A stretch of 50,422 nt of DNA from a virus (taxonomy: Duplodnaviria > Caudoviricetes), in the IMG/VR virus record IMGVR_UViG_3300005254_000006, positions 1 to 50,422 of that record; one strand, written 5' to 3'. A model generated the notes under the pieces. It was not told where the DNA came from, did not search any database, and was given only the letters and a program-made list of their open reading frames with translations. Position numbers and translations under genes: made by a program. Shown here one piece after another: positions 36,418 through 44,936 of this stretch. Each line of letters opens with the position of its first letter. Position 1 is the first letter of the stretch.

Positions 36418-36443
36418 GGGGCGTCTGCTTGCCGGGGAGCCCC
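36418..36443 (-). promoter_or_regulatory. Conserved-loop hairpin, copy 3
   Basis: Stem GGGGC/GCCCC enclosing TCCCCGGCAAGCAGAC. Confidence 0.65.
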
Positions 36444-36448
36444 TCTCG

Positions 36449-37876
36449 TTATCTGCTGACGGCCAGCTCCGCTCGCCGCTCGGCCTCCTCCGGGGAGAGC
36501 CCCTGCTCGAGGAAGCGACCCTTGAACTGCGCCTTGAGGGCGCTCTTGCCGCTCTCATCGACGGGTCCGGTGGCGGTGCCCATGTCGGACACGCCTGTGC
36601 CCGAGACGGCCGCGATCTCGGCGCGGGCCTCCTCGACGGCGGTCTGGATGTTGCTCGAAAGCGCCGCCTCGTCGAGCTTGCCCTCCGCGATCGGCAGGTC
36701 CGCCTTGAGCGACTCGCCGATACGCTTCACCGTGAGCTCGGGGAGCTTCGCCTCGGCGAGCGCCGTCTCGATGACGGTGCGACCGTCGGTCAGCACCTTG
36801 TCGGCCTGCATGGATGCCACCTGCTCGGTGAGCGTCCGGTTGGCCTCGGTGAGCTCCGCGATCTTCGTGTCGCGCTCGGCCCTCTCCGCCTCCAGAGCGG
36901 TGATGCGGCCCTGCGCTTCCTGCAGCTCCTGGGTTGCGTCTGCCATCTCGTGCGCCTCCTTCTGCGGTTGCGCGTTCGTTTTCGCGCCGCCTCGGGCGCT
37001 CTCGAACAGGGACTGGTACTTGCCGCCGGCTCCGGCGACGGTGACGAAGTCGACCGAGTTGAAGCCGTCCTGGGGCGCCAGCTCGGTCACGACGGTGCCC
37101 TTGCGACCCTCGGCTTCGGCGGTGGCACCCTTGCCGCCGGCGTGTATCGAGAGGCCGATGTACGGACCCATGGCCTTGATCGACTCGGCGTGTGAAGGGA
37201 AGGCCTTGGCCCGCGAGTAGACCCCGGGGCCGTCGAAGCCGTCTTCCTGCCAACTGGCCGACTGCACGAGGGCGCCGGCGGTCGCGTTGAGGTCGCCCTC
37301 GGGACGCTCCCGGGCCTCTTTGGCGGTCGGGTGGTTCCAGTGCATCAGCGTGCCGGCGGGGAAGGCGCTAGCCGCGTCGCGAGCGAGCATCTCCTTGCCG
37401 TAGTAGCGCTTGTTGAGGCTCCACCCGGCCTTGATGATCTTCACCGGGAAGGTGCCGTCGGCCGCGGTGCTGCCCTCGGTGAGGGCGATGGTGTCGCCGA
37501 TGATGTCCAGTGGGGTGGCGGACTCACGGATGGTGAGCGACTCACCGACCTTCACCGGCTCGTAGGAGACGATCCGCTTGACCTCGTCCATCTCGCCGAT
37601 CTTCACTTCGTCGTCGACGATTGACCAAGCGCAGCGGAAGTAGCGGTCGGGGTCGTGGGGCAGGTCGATCTCGGGGGAGCCGGCCCTCGGGCGAGGCATC
37701 TCGACGCGGTAGATGGCCTCGTCGTCGTAGATAGCCTCGAGGTAGACCCAGGCCGCACCGTGTGCCTGCTTGAGCGAGACGCGCAGGGCGTCCTGGCGCT
37801 CACGGTAGCTGAGGGCCTCACTCAGCAGCAGTCCGGCCGGCTTCTCGATCCCGTGCAGCAGTTCGTCAAGGTCCAT
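36449..37876 (-). CDS. Prohead protease / scaffold fusion
   Basis: IIKAG.SLN.RYY, NHP, IGLSI, SVDFVT..GAGG then a coiled-coil C-terminus. Confidence 0.75.
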   Translation of the reverse strand: MDLDELLHGIEKPAGLLLSEALSYRERQDALRVSLKQAHGAAWVYLEAIYDDEAIYRVEMPRPRAGSPEIDLPHDPDRYFRCAWSIVDDEVKIGEMDEVKRIVSYEPVKVGESLTIRESATPLDIIGDTIALTEGSTAADGTFPVKIIKAGWSLNKRYYGKEMLARDAASAFPAGTLMHWNHPTAKEARERPEGDLNATAGALVQSASWQEDGFDGPGVYSRAKAFPSHAESIKAMGPYIGLSIHAGGKGATAEAEGRKGTVVTELAPQDGFNSVDFVTVAGAGGKYQSLFESARGGAKTNAQPQKEAHEMADATQELQEAQGRITALEAERAERDTKIAELTEANRTLTEQVASMQADKVLTDGRTVIETALAEAKLPELTVKRIGESLKADLPIAEGKLDEAALSSNIQTAVEEARAEIAAVSGTGVSDMGTATGPVDESGKSALKAQFKGRFLEQGLSPEEAERRAELAVSR

Positions 37877-37885
37877 AGTCGCTCC

Positions 37886-38698
37886 TCACGCGGCCAGTCC
37901 GTCAGCGAAGATAGGGGTCTGTCCGAGCACCAGCAGCGGCAGGGCGATGCGCGCGGTGTCGGGGTAGATGTCCACATAGCAGCGGCAGTGCGGGTGTGCA
38001 GGGACGCCCATGGCGCCGGACGGGAACGGGTCGCGCACCCGCACGATGACACCGTCGTTCATGGTGCACTCGGAGCATGGGCAGCCGTCGGTGTGGTGCC
38101 AGCGCTTGAGCATCGGCACGCCGGCGCTCTCGAAGGCGCCGGCGCTGGCCAGCTCGCCGTAGCCGTAGCCGAAGAGAGCCTCGGTCGGCCCGATGACGCC
38201 GGCGCGGGAGACGCCCATGGCGCTGATCGCCACGGCGGCGGCCGTCGCCAGCCCAGCGGCACTACGGTCGTCGGCATCCCGCAACGGCACTCGCAGGCGG
38301 TCGACGGTCGTGGCGTTGAGACCCTGGAGAGTCTGCTCTGCGTGCCCTGAGATCCACGCCGCGGCGCCGATGTCGAGGAGGTCGACGATGACGCCCCAGC
38401 GCCGCTCGACGGCACGCAGGGCGGCCAGCACGGCGGGCTCATAGCCCTTCGCCAGAGCGATGGCGTCGGCCCGCTCGCGTCTGGCCAACGCGGCGGCGAC
38501 GGCCACCAGGATGGTGTCGAGGTCCTCGGAGCCGTCAGCGTCATAGACGGCCCGGACGATGTCCCACGCCTGGGCGGCGAAGAGGACCTCGGCCGCGCCT
38601 TGCAGCGCTCTCGAAGGCTCGGACAGCGAGCGCTCGCGCATCAGCAGCAGAGTGGTGACCATCGCCGAGTCGGCGGCCTCGAGGAGACGGGCGTCCAT
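37886..38698 (-). CDS. Minor head protein (MuF/SPP1 gp7-like)
   Basis: K.W......C..C..N.G......F.SG....PAHPHCRC. Confidence 0.75.
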   Translation of the reverse strand: MDARLLEAADSAMVTTLLLMRERSLSEPSRALQGAAEVLFAAQAWDIVRAVYDADGSEDLDTILVAVAAALARRERADAIALAKGYEPAVLAALRAVERRWGVIVDLLDIGAAAWISGHAEQTLQGLNATTVDRLRVPLRDADDRSAAGLATAAAVAISAMGVSRAGVIGPTEALFGYGYGELASAGAFESAGVPMLKRWHHTDGCPCSECTMNDGVIVRVRDPFPSGAMGVPAHPHCRCYVDIYPDTARIALPLLVLGQTPIFADGLAA

Positions 38699-40455
38699 CA
38701 CCGACCGCCCGCCGCAGCCTCGATCGCTGCCCGAAGGCGGGCGATCTCCCGCTCGAGGGCCGCAGCCTCCTCCTGGCCCTGTGTGGCCGAGCCCCGCGGG
38801 GCCGTGCCGTACGGCTTGGCGTCGCCGCCGGTCTGGTTGTTGCCGACGGCCTTCTGGCGCGGCACGTAGGGCGGCAGAGGCTTGAGCCCCTCGGGCTCGC
38901 TGCCATCGGCCGGGTAGAACTTCTCGATGATCTCCTCGACGTTGTCGACCCGCAGCCAGGTGAGGCCCAGCCGCAGCAGGGTCGGGCCGTCGTCGAGCAG
39001 CTGCACCGGCCAGTTGCCGAGGGTCACGAGCCGCACGAGCGCCGAGATCTGCTGGGCGACGTCGCGCTGCAGGATCGGCGGGAAGTCGACGTTGACCATG
39101 CGGCCGAGACGACCCCGGGCCACATCGGTCCCGAGGTCCATCTCGCCGGTCGCGGGATCGTAGCCGCGGAAGACGATGCCGTCGCGCTTGGGGATCTTGG
39201 CGGCTGCCTCTACCGCGATGGTGACGATGTCGGCCAACGTCTCGCGCCACATCGTCTGACAGTCGAGGAACTTCAGTTCCGTCGGGCGGTCGAGCGTCTC
39301 CGCCGTCGCCTGGTTGCCGGCCGAGACGTCGCCGCCGAAGGTCTCGGGCAGACCCTGGCCGATCAGCGACATGCGCAGCAGAGGCCGGAAGCCGGTGGGG
39401 TCGACGTAGGCGTTCGAGACATCGACCGCCTCGAGCTCGGTGTTCTTGCCGGCCACGAACGCCGAGCCGCTCGTCGGGGCGGGGTTGGTGTCGTACCCGA
39501 AGCTCGAGAGCATCGTGTTGAGCTTCTCGACCGCGGCATCGACGGCCGCCTGCCCGCCGCCGCCCTTGAGCTGCCAGGCCCACTTCGAGAGAGACTTGAC
39601 CGTCTTCTTGAAGTCCTCGAGCGTCTCCTTGTAGGCGCGCGCCCAGTCGAGCGAGACGTAGGTCTCCGGGATCCCGAACGCCATGCCGTCGAGGCACTGG
39701 GCCTTGAGGTGGTAGATCGGCGTCTCCCAGTTGACGCGAGCGCCTTCCTTGAGCGGCGCTGTGGGACGATCCTCGCCCTTCATCTCCAGCTCGCGCAGGT
39801 AGGCCCAGTCGGGGTAGTACTCGGTCTGCTCCGTCCCGACGCCGCCCGCGCGGTCGACCTCACGCCACCTGCGCTCGTAGAAGAAGACCTGGGTTGCGTC
39901 CTTCGGGTTGGTGGCGATGTCGCGTATCTGGTCGACGTTGATGGTCCGCACCACGACGCGCCCGGTCGTGTCGTTGACGAAGAAGCGGAAGAACACGTTG
40001 CCGTCGACCGCCCTGGTGCGCTCGAGGGCTTTGCGTGCCCGGTAGGAGCCGACGGAGTCCTTGTTGGCCGCATCGGCGAGGAACGCCTGGACGACCTTGT
40101 CGATCGTGGAGTCGGGCGCCTTGATTGAGACGCCCTGCGCCCAGACGTAGAGGTTCTGCACCTCGACCCCCTGCTTGATGAGGGGGTTCTTGATCCAGAA
40201 CAGCCGCGAGAGGCGGATCAGCTTGTCGAGGCCCTCCCGCGAGAACTCCATGTCCTCGAGGCGGTGTGAGAGGAGCAGCCAGCCGACGTCCTCAAGCTGG
40301 AGCTCGAGCTCGGCGATCGACTCCTGCATCTCCTCGCGCTCGTAGAGCACGTCGCGGAAGGCGTCGCCGATCTGCGCGATGTCTTCGCGCAGCTCCGTTA
40401 GTTCATCGGTCGGAACGGCCCTGGTGCCGCGCCCGAACAGGTCCATGATTCCCAT
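38698..40455 (-). CDS. Portal protein
   Basis: Position; NPLIKQ.V......G, DGNVF, GN.ATA motifs. Confidence 0.8.
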   Translation of the reverse strand: MGIMDLFGRGTRAVPTDELTELREDIAQIGDAFRDVLYEREEMQESIAELELQLEDVGWLLLSHRLEDMEFSREGLDKLIRLSRLFWIKNPLIKQGVEVQNLYVWAQGVSIKAPDSTIDKVVQAFLADAANKDSVGSYRARKALERTRAVDGNVFFRFFVNDTTGRVVVRTINVDQIRDIATNPKDATQVFFYERRWREVDRAGGVGTEQTEYYPDWAYLRELEMKGEDRPTAPLKEGARVNWETPIYHLKAQCLDGMAFGIPETYVSLDWARAYKETLEDFKKTVKSLSKWAWQLKGGGGQAAVDAAVEKLNTMLSSFGYDTNPAPTSGSAFVAGKNTELEAVDVSNAYVDPTGFRPLLRMSLIGQGLPETFGGDVSAGNQATAETLDRPTELKFLDCQTMWRETLADIVTIAVEAAAKIPKRDGIVFRGYDPATGEMDLGTDVARGRLGRMVNVDFPPILQRDVAQQISALVRLVTLGNWPVQLLDDGPTLLRLGLTWLRVDNVEEIIEKFYPADGSEPEGLKPLPPYVPRQKAVGNNQTGGDAKPYGTAPRGSATQGQEEAAALEREIARLRAAIEAAAGGR

Positions 40456-40523
40456 GGGCGCAGGTTGAACGACGAAACGGAAGTAGGGAGCGCATCTTCT
40501 TGAGGGCGGCTCTGGCCGGCGTG

Positions 40524-41741
40524 TCAGGCAGAGGAACGAGTCTGGGGGGAGCAGTGCGCGATGCGCCGCCGCGCGATCTCGACGTACTCTTCCTCCCGCT
40601 CCATGCCGACGAAGTCGAAGCCCTCGAGTGCCGCAGCACAGCCGGTCGAACCGCTGCCCATGAACGGGTCGAGCACGACGGCCCCCGGCTGCGTGACGAG
40701 CCGCACGAGCCAACGCATGAGGGCGAGAGGCTTGACGGTGGGATGGTGGTTTCGGGCGGCCTTGTGTGTTCCCTCGGCTTGGAAGCTGCCGGGGTTCTGG
40801 TGTCCCGAGGACCAGTGCATGGCGCGCTCCGGGAGCCCATCATCCTGCCGGAACAGTGACCACTCACCGTCCAGCCCGGCGTTCCGTTCCTTGCGGCCGG
40901 CCTTGGCGCAGTAGAAGAAGCGGGAGGGGCCGCCGGAGTCGACACCACGATGGGCGACGCACTCGCGCTCGCCTGCGAAGTCGCCATATGCCGTTCTGAA
41001 CTTGTCGCTGCCACGGCGGGTCGGATTGGCTCCGCTGGTAAGCGTCCCGACCTCCTCATCCAGCATCGCCGCCGCCTCTTCGTCAAGGATGACGTTGGCG
41101 GGCCAGCGACCATCATGCGGAGCTGTGGTCGTAGCGCCGTCCTTGTACGGTCGATCCCAGCCCTCGCTACTCTCGCGCTTGTGCGCTGCCCATCCGCCGC
41201 CGCCGGGCACGGTTTCGGCTGACTCCACTCTGCACCCCTCCACATTCACCGCTCCGGTCCCGTACCGCTCCACGTTCGCGGCCACGGTGCCGGAGAGGGG
41301 CTTGCGGGCGACGATGATGGGCTCCCATGCGGGCTTGAGGGCGGTTCCCCAGCCTTGCCACGGAGTGGCTTCTGGTGGGTAGTCATCGCCGGTCTTCCAG
41401 TCGGGGTCGTGGGCTTTCGCGATGGCCGTCTGGACATTGAACGACTTCGGGAACCCGGACCCATAGAGCCAACAGAGGCAGTCCCGAATCTCGAACCCCG
41501 CATCCTCCACAGCGCAGGTCAGGCGATGGAAGGTGCGCGTGCCGCCAAAGGCGAGCAGGTGCGCGCCGGGCTTGAGGACGCGACCTACTTCGCGCCAGAA
41601 CGGCTCGCCGGGAAGGCCGTGGTCCCACTCCTTGCCCATGAAGGTGAGCCCATACGGCGGGTCGGTCACGCAGGCGTCGATCGAGTCGGGGGCGAGGTCG
41701 GCGAGAGCTTCGAGGCAGTTCCCGTGAATCAGCCTGTGCAT
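40524..41741 (-). CDS. Orphan DNA methyltransferase (N4-C/N6-A, beta class)
   Basis: VTDPPYG, HPTVKP, VLDPFMGSGSTG. Confidence 0.92.
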   Translation of the reverse strand: MHRLIHGNCLEALADLAPDSIDACVTDPPYGLTFMGKEWDHGLPGEPFWREVGRVLKPGAHLLAFGGTRTFHRLTCAVEDAGFEIRDCLCWLYGSGFPKSFNVQTAIAKAHDPDWKTGDDYPPEATPWQGWGTALKPAWEPIIVARKPLSGTVAANVERYGTGAVNVEGCRVESAETVPGGGGWAAHKRESSEGWDRPYKDGATTTAPHDGRWPANVILDEEAAAMLDEEVGTLTSGANPTRRGSDKFRTAYGDFAGERECVAHRGVDSGGPSRFFYCAKAGRKERNAGLDGEWSLFRQDDGLPERAMHWSSGHQNPGSFQAEGTHKAARNHHPTVKPLALMRWLVRLVTQPGAVVLDPFMGSGSTGCAAALEGFDFVGMEREEEYVEIARRRIAHCSPQTRSSA

Positions 41742-41780
41742 GGCGCGAGGCTACGGCCGGCGAGTGTCAGCGGATGGCCT

Positions 41781-43052
41781 TCAGAACGGCGAGATCTGCT
41801 CGAAGTCCTCGAGGACGAGGAGCACGTTGCCCGAGGACCCGTGCTCGGCTTGCCAGGCGGCCAGGGCCAGCGAGATCACGCAGTCGTCGTGGTAGCCCTC
41901 CGGCGCCGAGTAGCGCACCAGGCGCGTCTTGGTGAGCTCGTACTGGAAGGCGTTCATCTCATCGACCAGCACCTGTGTCTCCTCGCAGCCCTCCGGGTCG
42001 GGGAAGTGGATGCCCTGGTGCTCGATCGTGACGGCCAGGCTCTCGATCAACTGCTGCTTGGAGGCGTTGGTGAAGATGAACTCCTCGACCGGCACCCCGC
42101 GGCCGCGCACCTGCTCGACGATCGGGTCGCCGACCCCGGTGGTGTCCATCAGGACCGTCGCTCCGTAGCGCCGTGCGAGGTCGACCAGCTTGGCGATCTG
42201 CACCTCCCAGGAGATCTGGTTGAAGCGCACGATGGCGACCACCTGCATGCGCGTGGTGTCGATCACCGTCAGCACCGTGAAGTCCTGCTTGCGTGCGAGG
42301 TCGGCGCCCATCACGTAGCGACCTGCAGGAGAGGGCGCCTCAAGGAAGCCCCCGTAGCAGCGTCGCAGGTTCTTGAACACGCCGGCGGCATCGTCGAGGA
42401 AGGCTGCCTCGTACTCCTGCGAGAAGGTGTCGGCCGGCAGTATGCGCCGCACCTCCGCGATCTCTGACTCGGCGATGTACGGCGAGCTGGCGGTGGGGAA
42501 GTGGAAGCTCTCGTAGTCCGCCTCCCGGGAGTCGTTGCCCCGCAGCCACAGGTCGTAGAACCACGAGCCGCCCTTGCCCCGCGGGGTGCCGATGGCCAGC
42601 AGCCGGCCCATGGTGTCGGAGAGCATCGGCCGCAGCACCTGCTCGAAGGCGACCTTGGAGACGAAGGCGGCCTCGTCGATCACCATGAAGCCGACGCCTT
42701 CGCCGCGGAGGTTGTCGTACTTCTCGGCCGAGACGAACTCGGTCCGCCCGCCGCTCTTCCAGACGATCGAGAGCTCCTCGGAGGCCTTGGAGGACTCGAT
42801 GGCGTCCTTGAACGCCCGCAGGGCGAGGTTGAACGGCTTGCGCGCCTGCCGGTAGGTGGGGGCGACCCACCAGGACGGATACTCGGTGTTCTCCCACGAG
42901 TAGCCGGCGGTCTCATTGACGGCCGCCAGCGACTTGCCCCACCGCCGCCCACAGGCCGCGGCCCGGAACCGCGCCGGGCAGGAGTGGAGCCGCAGCTGCC
43001 CCTCGTGCGGCTCGTAGAGCTCAAGGACGGCCTGCTGGACGGTCTCGCTCAC
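41781..43052 (-). CDS. Terminase large subunit
   Basis: GRRWGKS Walker A, LRG, VIDEAA Walker B, GTP, GADLA, HDDCV. Confidence 0.93.
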   Translation of the reverse strand: MSETVQQAVLELYEPHEGQLRLHSCPARFRAAACGRRWGKSLAAVNETAGYSWENTEYPSWWVAPTYRQARKPFNLALRAFKDAIESSKASEELSIVWKSGGRTEFVSAEKYDNLRGEGVGFMVIDEAAFVSKVAFEQVLRPMLSDTMGRLLAIGTPRGKGGSWFYDLWLRGNDSREADYESFHFPTASSPYIAESEIAEVRRILPADTFSQEYEAAFLDDAAGVFKNLRRCYGGFLEAPSPAGRYVMGADLARKQDFTVLTVIDTTRMQVVAIVRFNQISWEVQIAKLVDLARRYGATVLMDTTGVGDPIVEQVRGRGVPVEEFIFTNASKQQLIESLAVTIEHQGIHFPDPEGCEETQVLVDEMNAFQYELTKTRLVRYSAPEGYHDDCVISLALAAWQAEHGSSGNVLLVLEDFEQISPF

Positions 43053-43552
43053 TCGCCCTCATCCTCTGCGACCTCTTCGGCCTCAGCGTCGACGACGTCT
43101 TCCTCGTCCTCGTCGTCGTCCTCGCCTCCGGCCTCGACGGCCAGATGCCCGGCCGGACCGGCGTAGCGAGCGACGTGCTGGATGGGGCCGCCGTCGGCTC
43201 CGACGTGCTTGACCGTCTTGGGGGCGTCGACCCAGCCGCAGACGTTCTTGAGCGCGAAGATGTAGAGGGCCGGCGGACAGTCGGGCTTGTTCAGCCGCCG
43301 GAAGAGGCGCTCGATCACCCAGCGCTCACGGCGGACGTGGCCCCGCTCGTATGAGGCCAGCAGCTCCGGGTCCTCCTCGAAGCGCCGCCGCAGTGTGTCG
43401 TCGTCCATGCCGAGGATGGTCGCGATCTTCTCGCGGGAGGCATGGAACTCCCAGGCAAGCCGCTCGATCATGTCGCCGTCGACCTTGATGGTGTCGAGGG
43501 TCTTCTTCGGCCTGCCCGGGCCTCGTTTCTCGATGTCGGTCGTCTCGCTCAT
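43049..43552 (-). CDS. Terminase small subunit
   Basis: GRP motif, HTH, IFALKN..GW, G.DGGPI; directly upstream of terL. Confidence 0.75.
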   Translation of the reverse strand: MSETTDIEKRGPGRPKKTLDTIKVDGDMIERLAWEFHASREKIATILGMDDDTLRRRFEEDPELLASYERGHVRRERWVIERLFRRLNKPDCPPALYIFALKNVCGWVDAPKTVKHVGADGGPIQHVARYAGPAGHLAVEAGGEDDDEDEEDVVDAEAEEVAEDEGE

Positions 43553-43680
43553 CGGGCCGTCATGGTGACGGAGGCGACGGTGCTTGGCCGCGCACCTTTT
43601 CTCGGGGAAACGGGACGGGGCCTATTCGAGAGTGAAGGACGTTGGTATCTGAGAGGGGGTATTAGGGGTGAAAAATGTCG

Positions 43681-43947
43681 GGGAGCACCATGGGGGGGCG
43701 CGCGCTGCGCGCTCGGCCGATGGGTCCCTCGTTGCCGAGGCAGTATGCCGGGTACTGTGAGCGCGCCCGGAAGAAGTAGTCTGTGAGCAGGGATAACGCT
43801 GCGCAGGTGTGCTCCCTGCTGCCGCTCGTGTGCTCCCTGTGTGCTCCCGAGCTCGACGGCGACGAGAAGAAGATCGGCCGATGTGAGCCTGAGGAGAGGA
43901 GTCGCTTCGAGGTTTGCCGGCCGCTGTCATGAGAGCTCAGGGAGCAC
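43681..43947. repeat. GTGCTCCC repeats upstream of terS
   Basis: GTGTGCTCCC at 43807, 43828 and 43839; inverted GGGAGCAC at 43681 and 43940. Confidence 0.55.
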
Positions 43948-44237
43948 AGCACACCACACGCCACACGCACCCTCGAGGTACCGACAGAGAAGAGAGCGGC
44001 CGCTGTCGTGTGTCGTGTCCGGCCGTGTGTCGTGTGCTTGACCGTTGCACGACGCATACACCGACGGAGACGGCAGGGAAGAGAGAGAAGAGTCTCCCTG
44101 CCCCTTGTCTCTCATAGATAGATAGTCTCCCTGCCGCCCCTCCCTGCCGCCCTCTCAGGATGGTACGACCGACCGACGGATTCAGGGTGCGCACCTTTGC
44201 CGAGCATCCCTCAGGTAATGGCTGAGGGTTCAGAGTG

Positions 44238-44264
44238 TTGACACGTGGCGACACGTGGTATCAT
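44238..44264 (+). promoter_or_regulatory. Promoter of the rightward arm with overlapping repeats
   Basis: TTGACA (44238) and extended -10 TGnTATCAT (44256-44264); GACACGTGG x2. Confidence 0.6.
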
Positions 44265-44303
44265 AGCGGTGTCACGTGAGACACAGCGATACGGGAGGTC
44301 GCC

Positions 44304-44894
44304 ATGTTCTCAGACCGCACCTATGCGGAAACCGAGCTCCAGCGTAATCAGGACCTGCTGGAGCGCCTGCGCGACAAGGACACGTCCGATATGGACGACG
44401 TCGGACGGCAGGCACTCGCCGATGCGATCGCCACGACCGAGCGGCGCGTCGCGGAGGAGTGCGACGCGCTGAAGGTCCTCGAGGCACGCGAGACACGCCA
44501 GGACGTGCAGACCTTCTCCGACGGCAGTCTCTCTGTCGTCCTCGAGACGGCCGGCCGGCGTATCGAGGTGTTCGCCGACGGCGTCACGGATCGACTGCTC
44601 GTGCACATCTTCAAGGGTGGACGGTACGTCGAGTACGTGATCCGGTCCGGTCTCGACTTCTACGACTGGCTAGTGCTGCGCGCCACCTACTGCGCCGATG
44701 CCTTCCCGCACGAGCGCGCGCGGCTCCACCTGGACGACGCGACGCAGCCGCAGCCGCAGCGCTCACGCGTCGAGCGGCTGTGCTCGAGCTGCGCGAATCG
44801 GTACGACTGCGACTCGCAGGATCCGGACACGTGCGGCCAGTATCCAGAACTCGCGGCGATGCTCATCGCCGCTGTGGGCGGCTACGACTGCTGA
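44304..44894 (+). CDS. Hypothetical protein with C-terminal Cys4 motif
   Basis: GGGAGG SD; CSSC....C......C. Confidence 0.7.
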   Translation: MFSDRTYAETELQRNQDLLERLRDKDTSDMDDVGRQALADAIATTERRVAEECDALKVLEARETRQDVQTFSDGSLSVVLETAGRRIEVFADGVTDRLLVHIFKGGRYVEYVIRSGLDFYDWLVLRATYCADAFPHERARLHLDDATQPQPQRSRVERLCSSCANRYDCDSQDPDTCGQYPELAAMLIAAVGGYDC

Positions 44895-44936
44895 CCACGA
44901 CCACCACGGCCACCACGGATTACGGGAGGATTCGCC

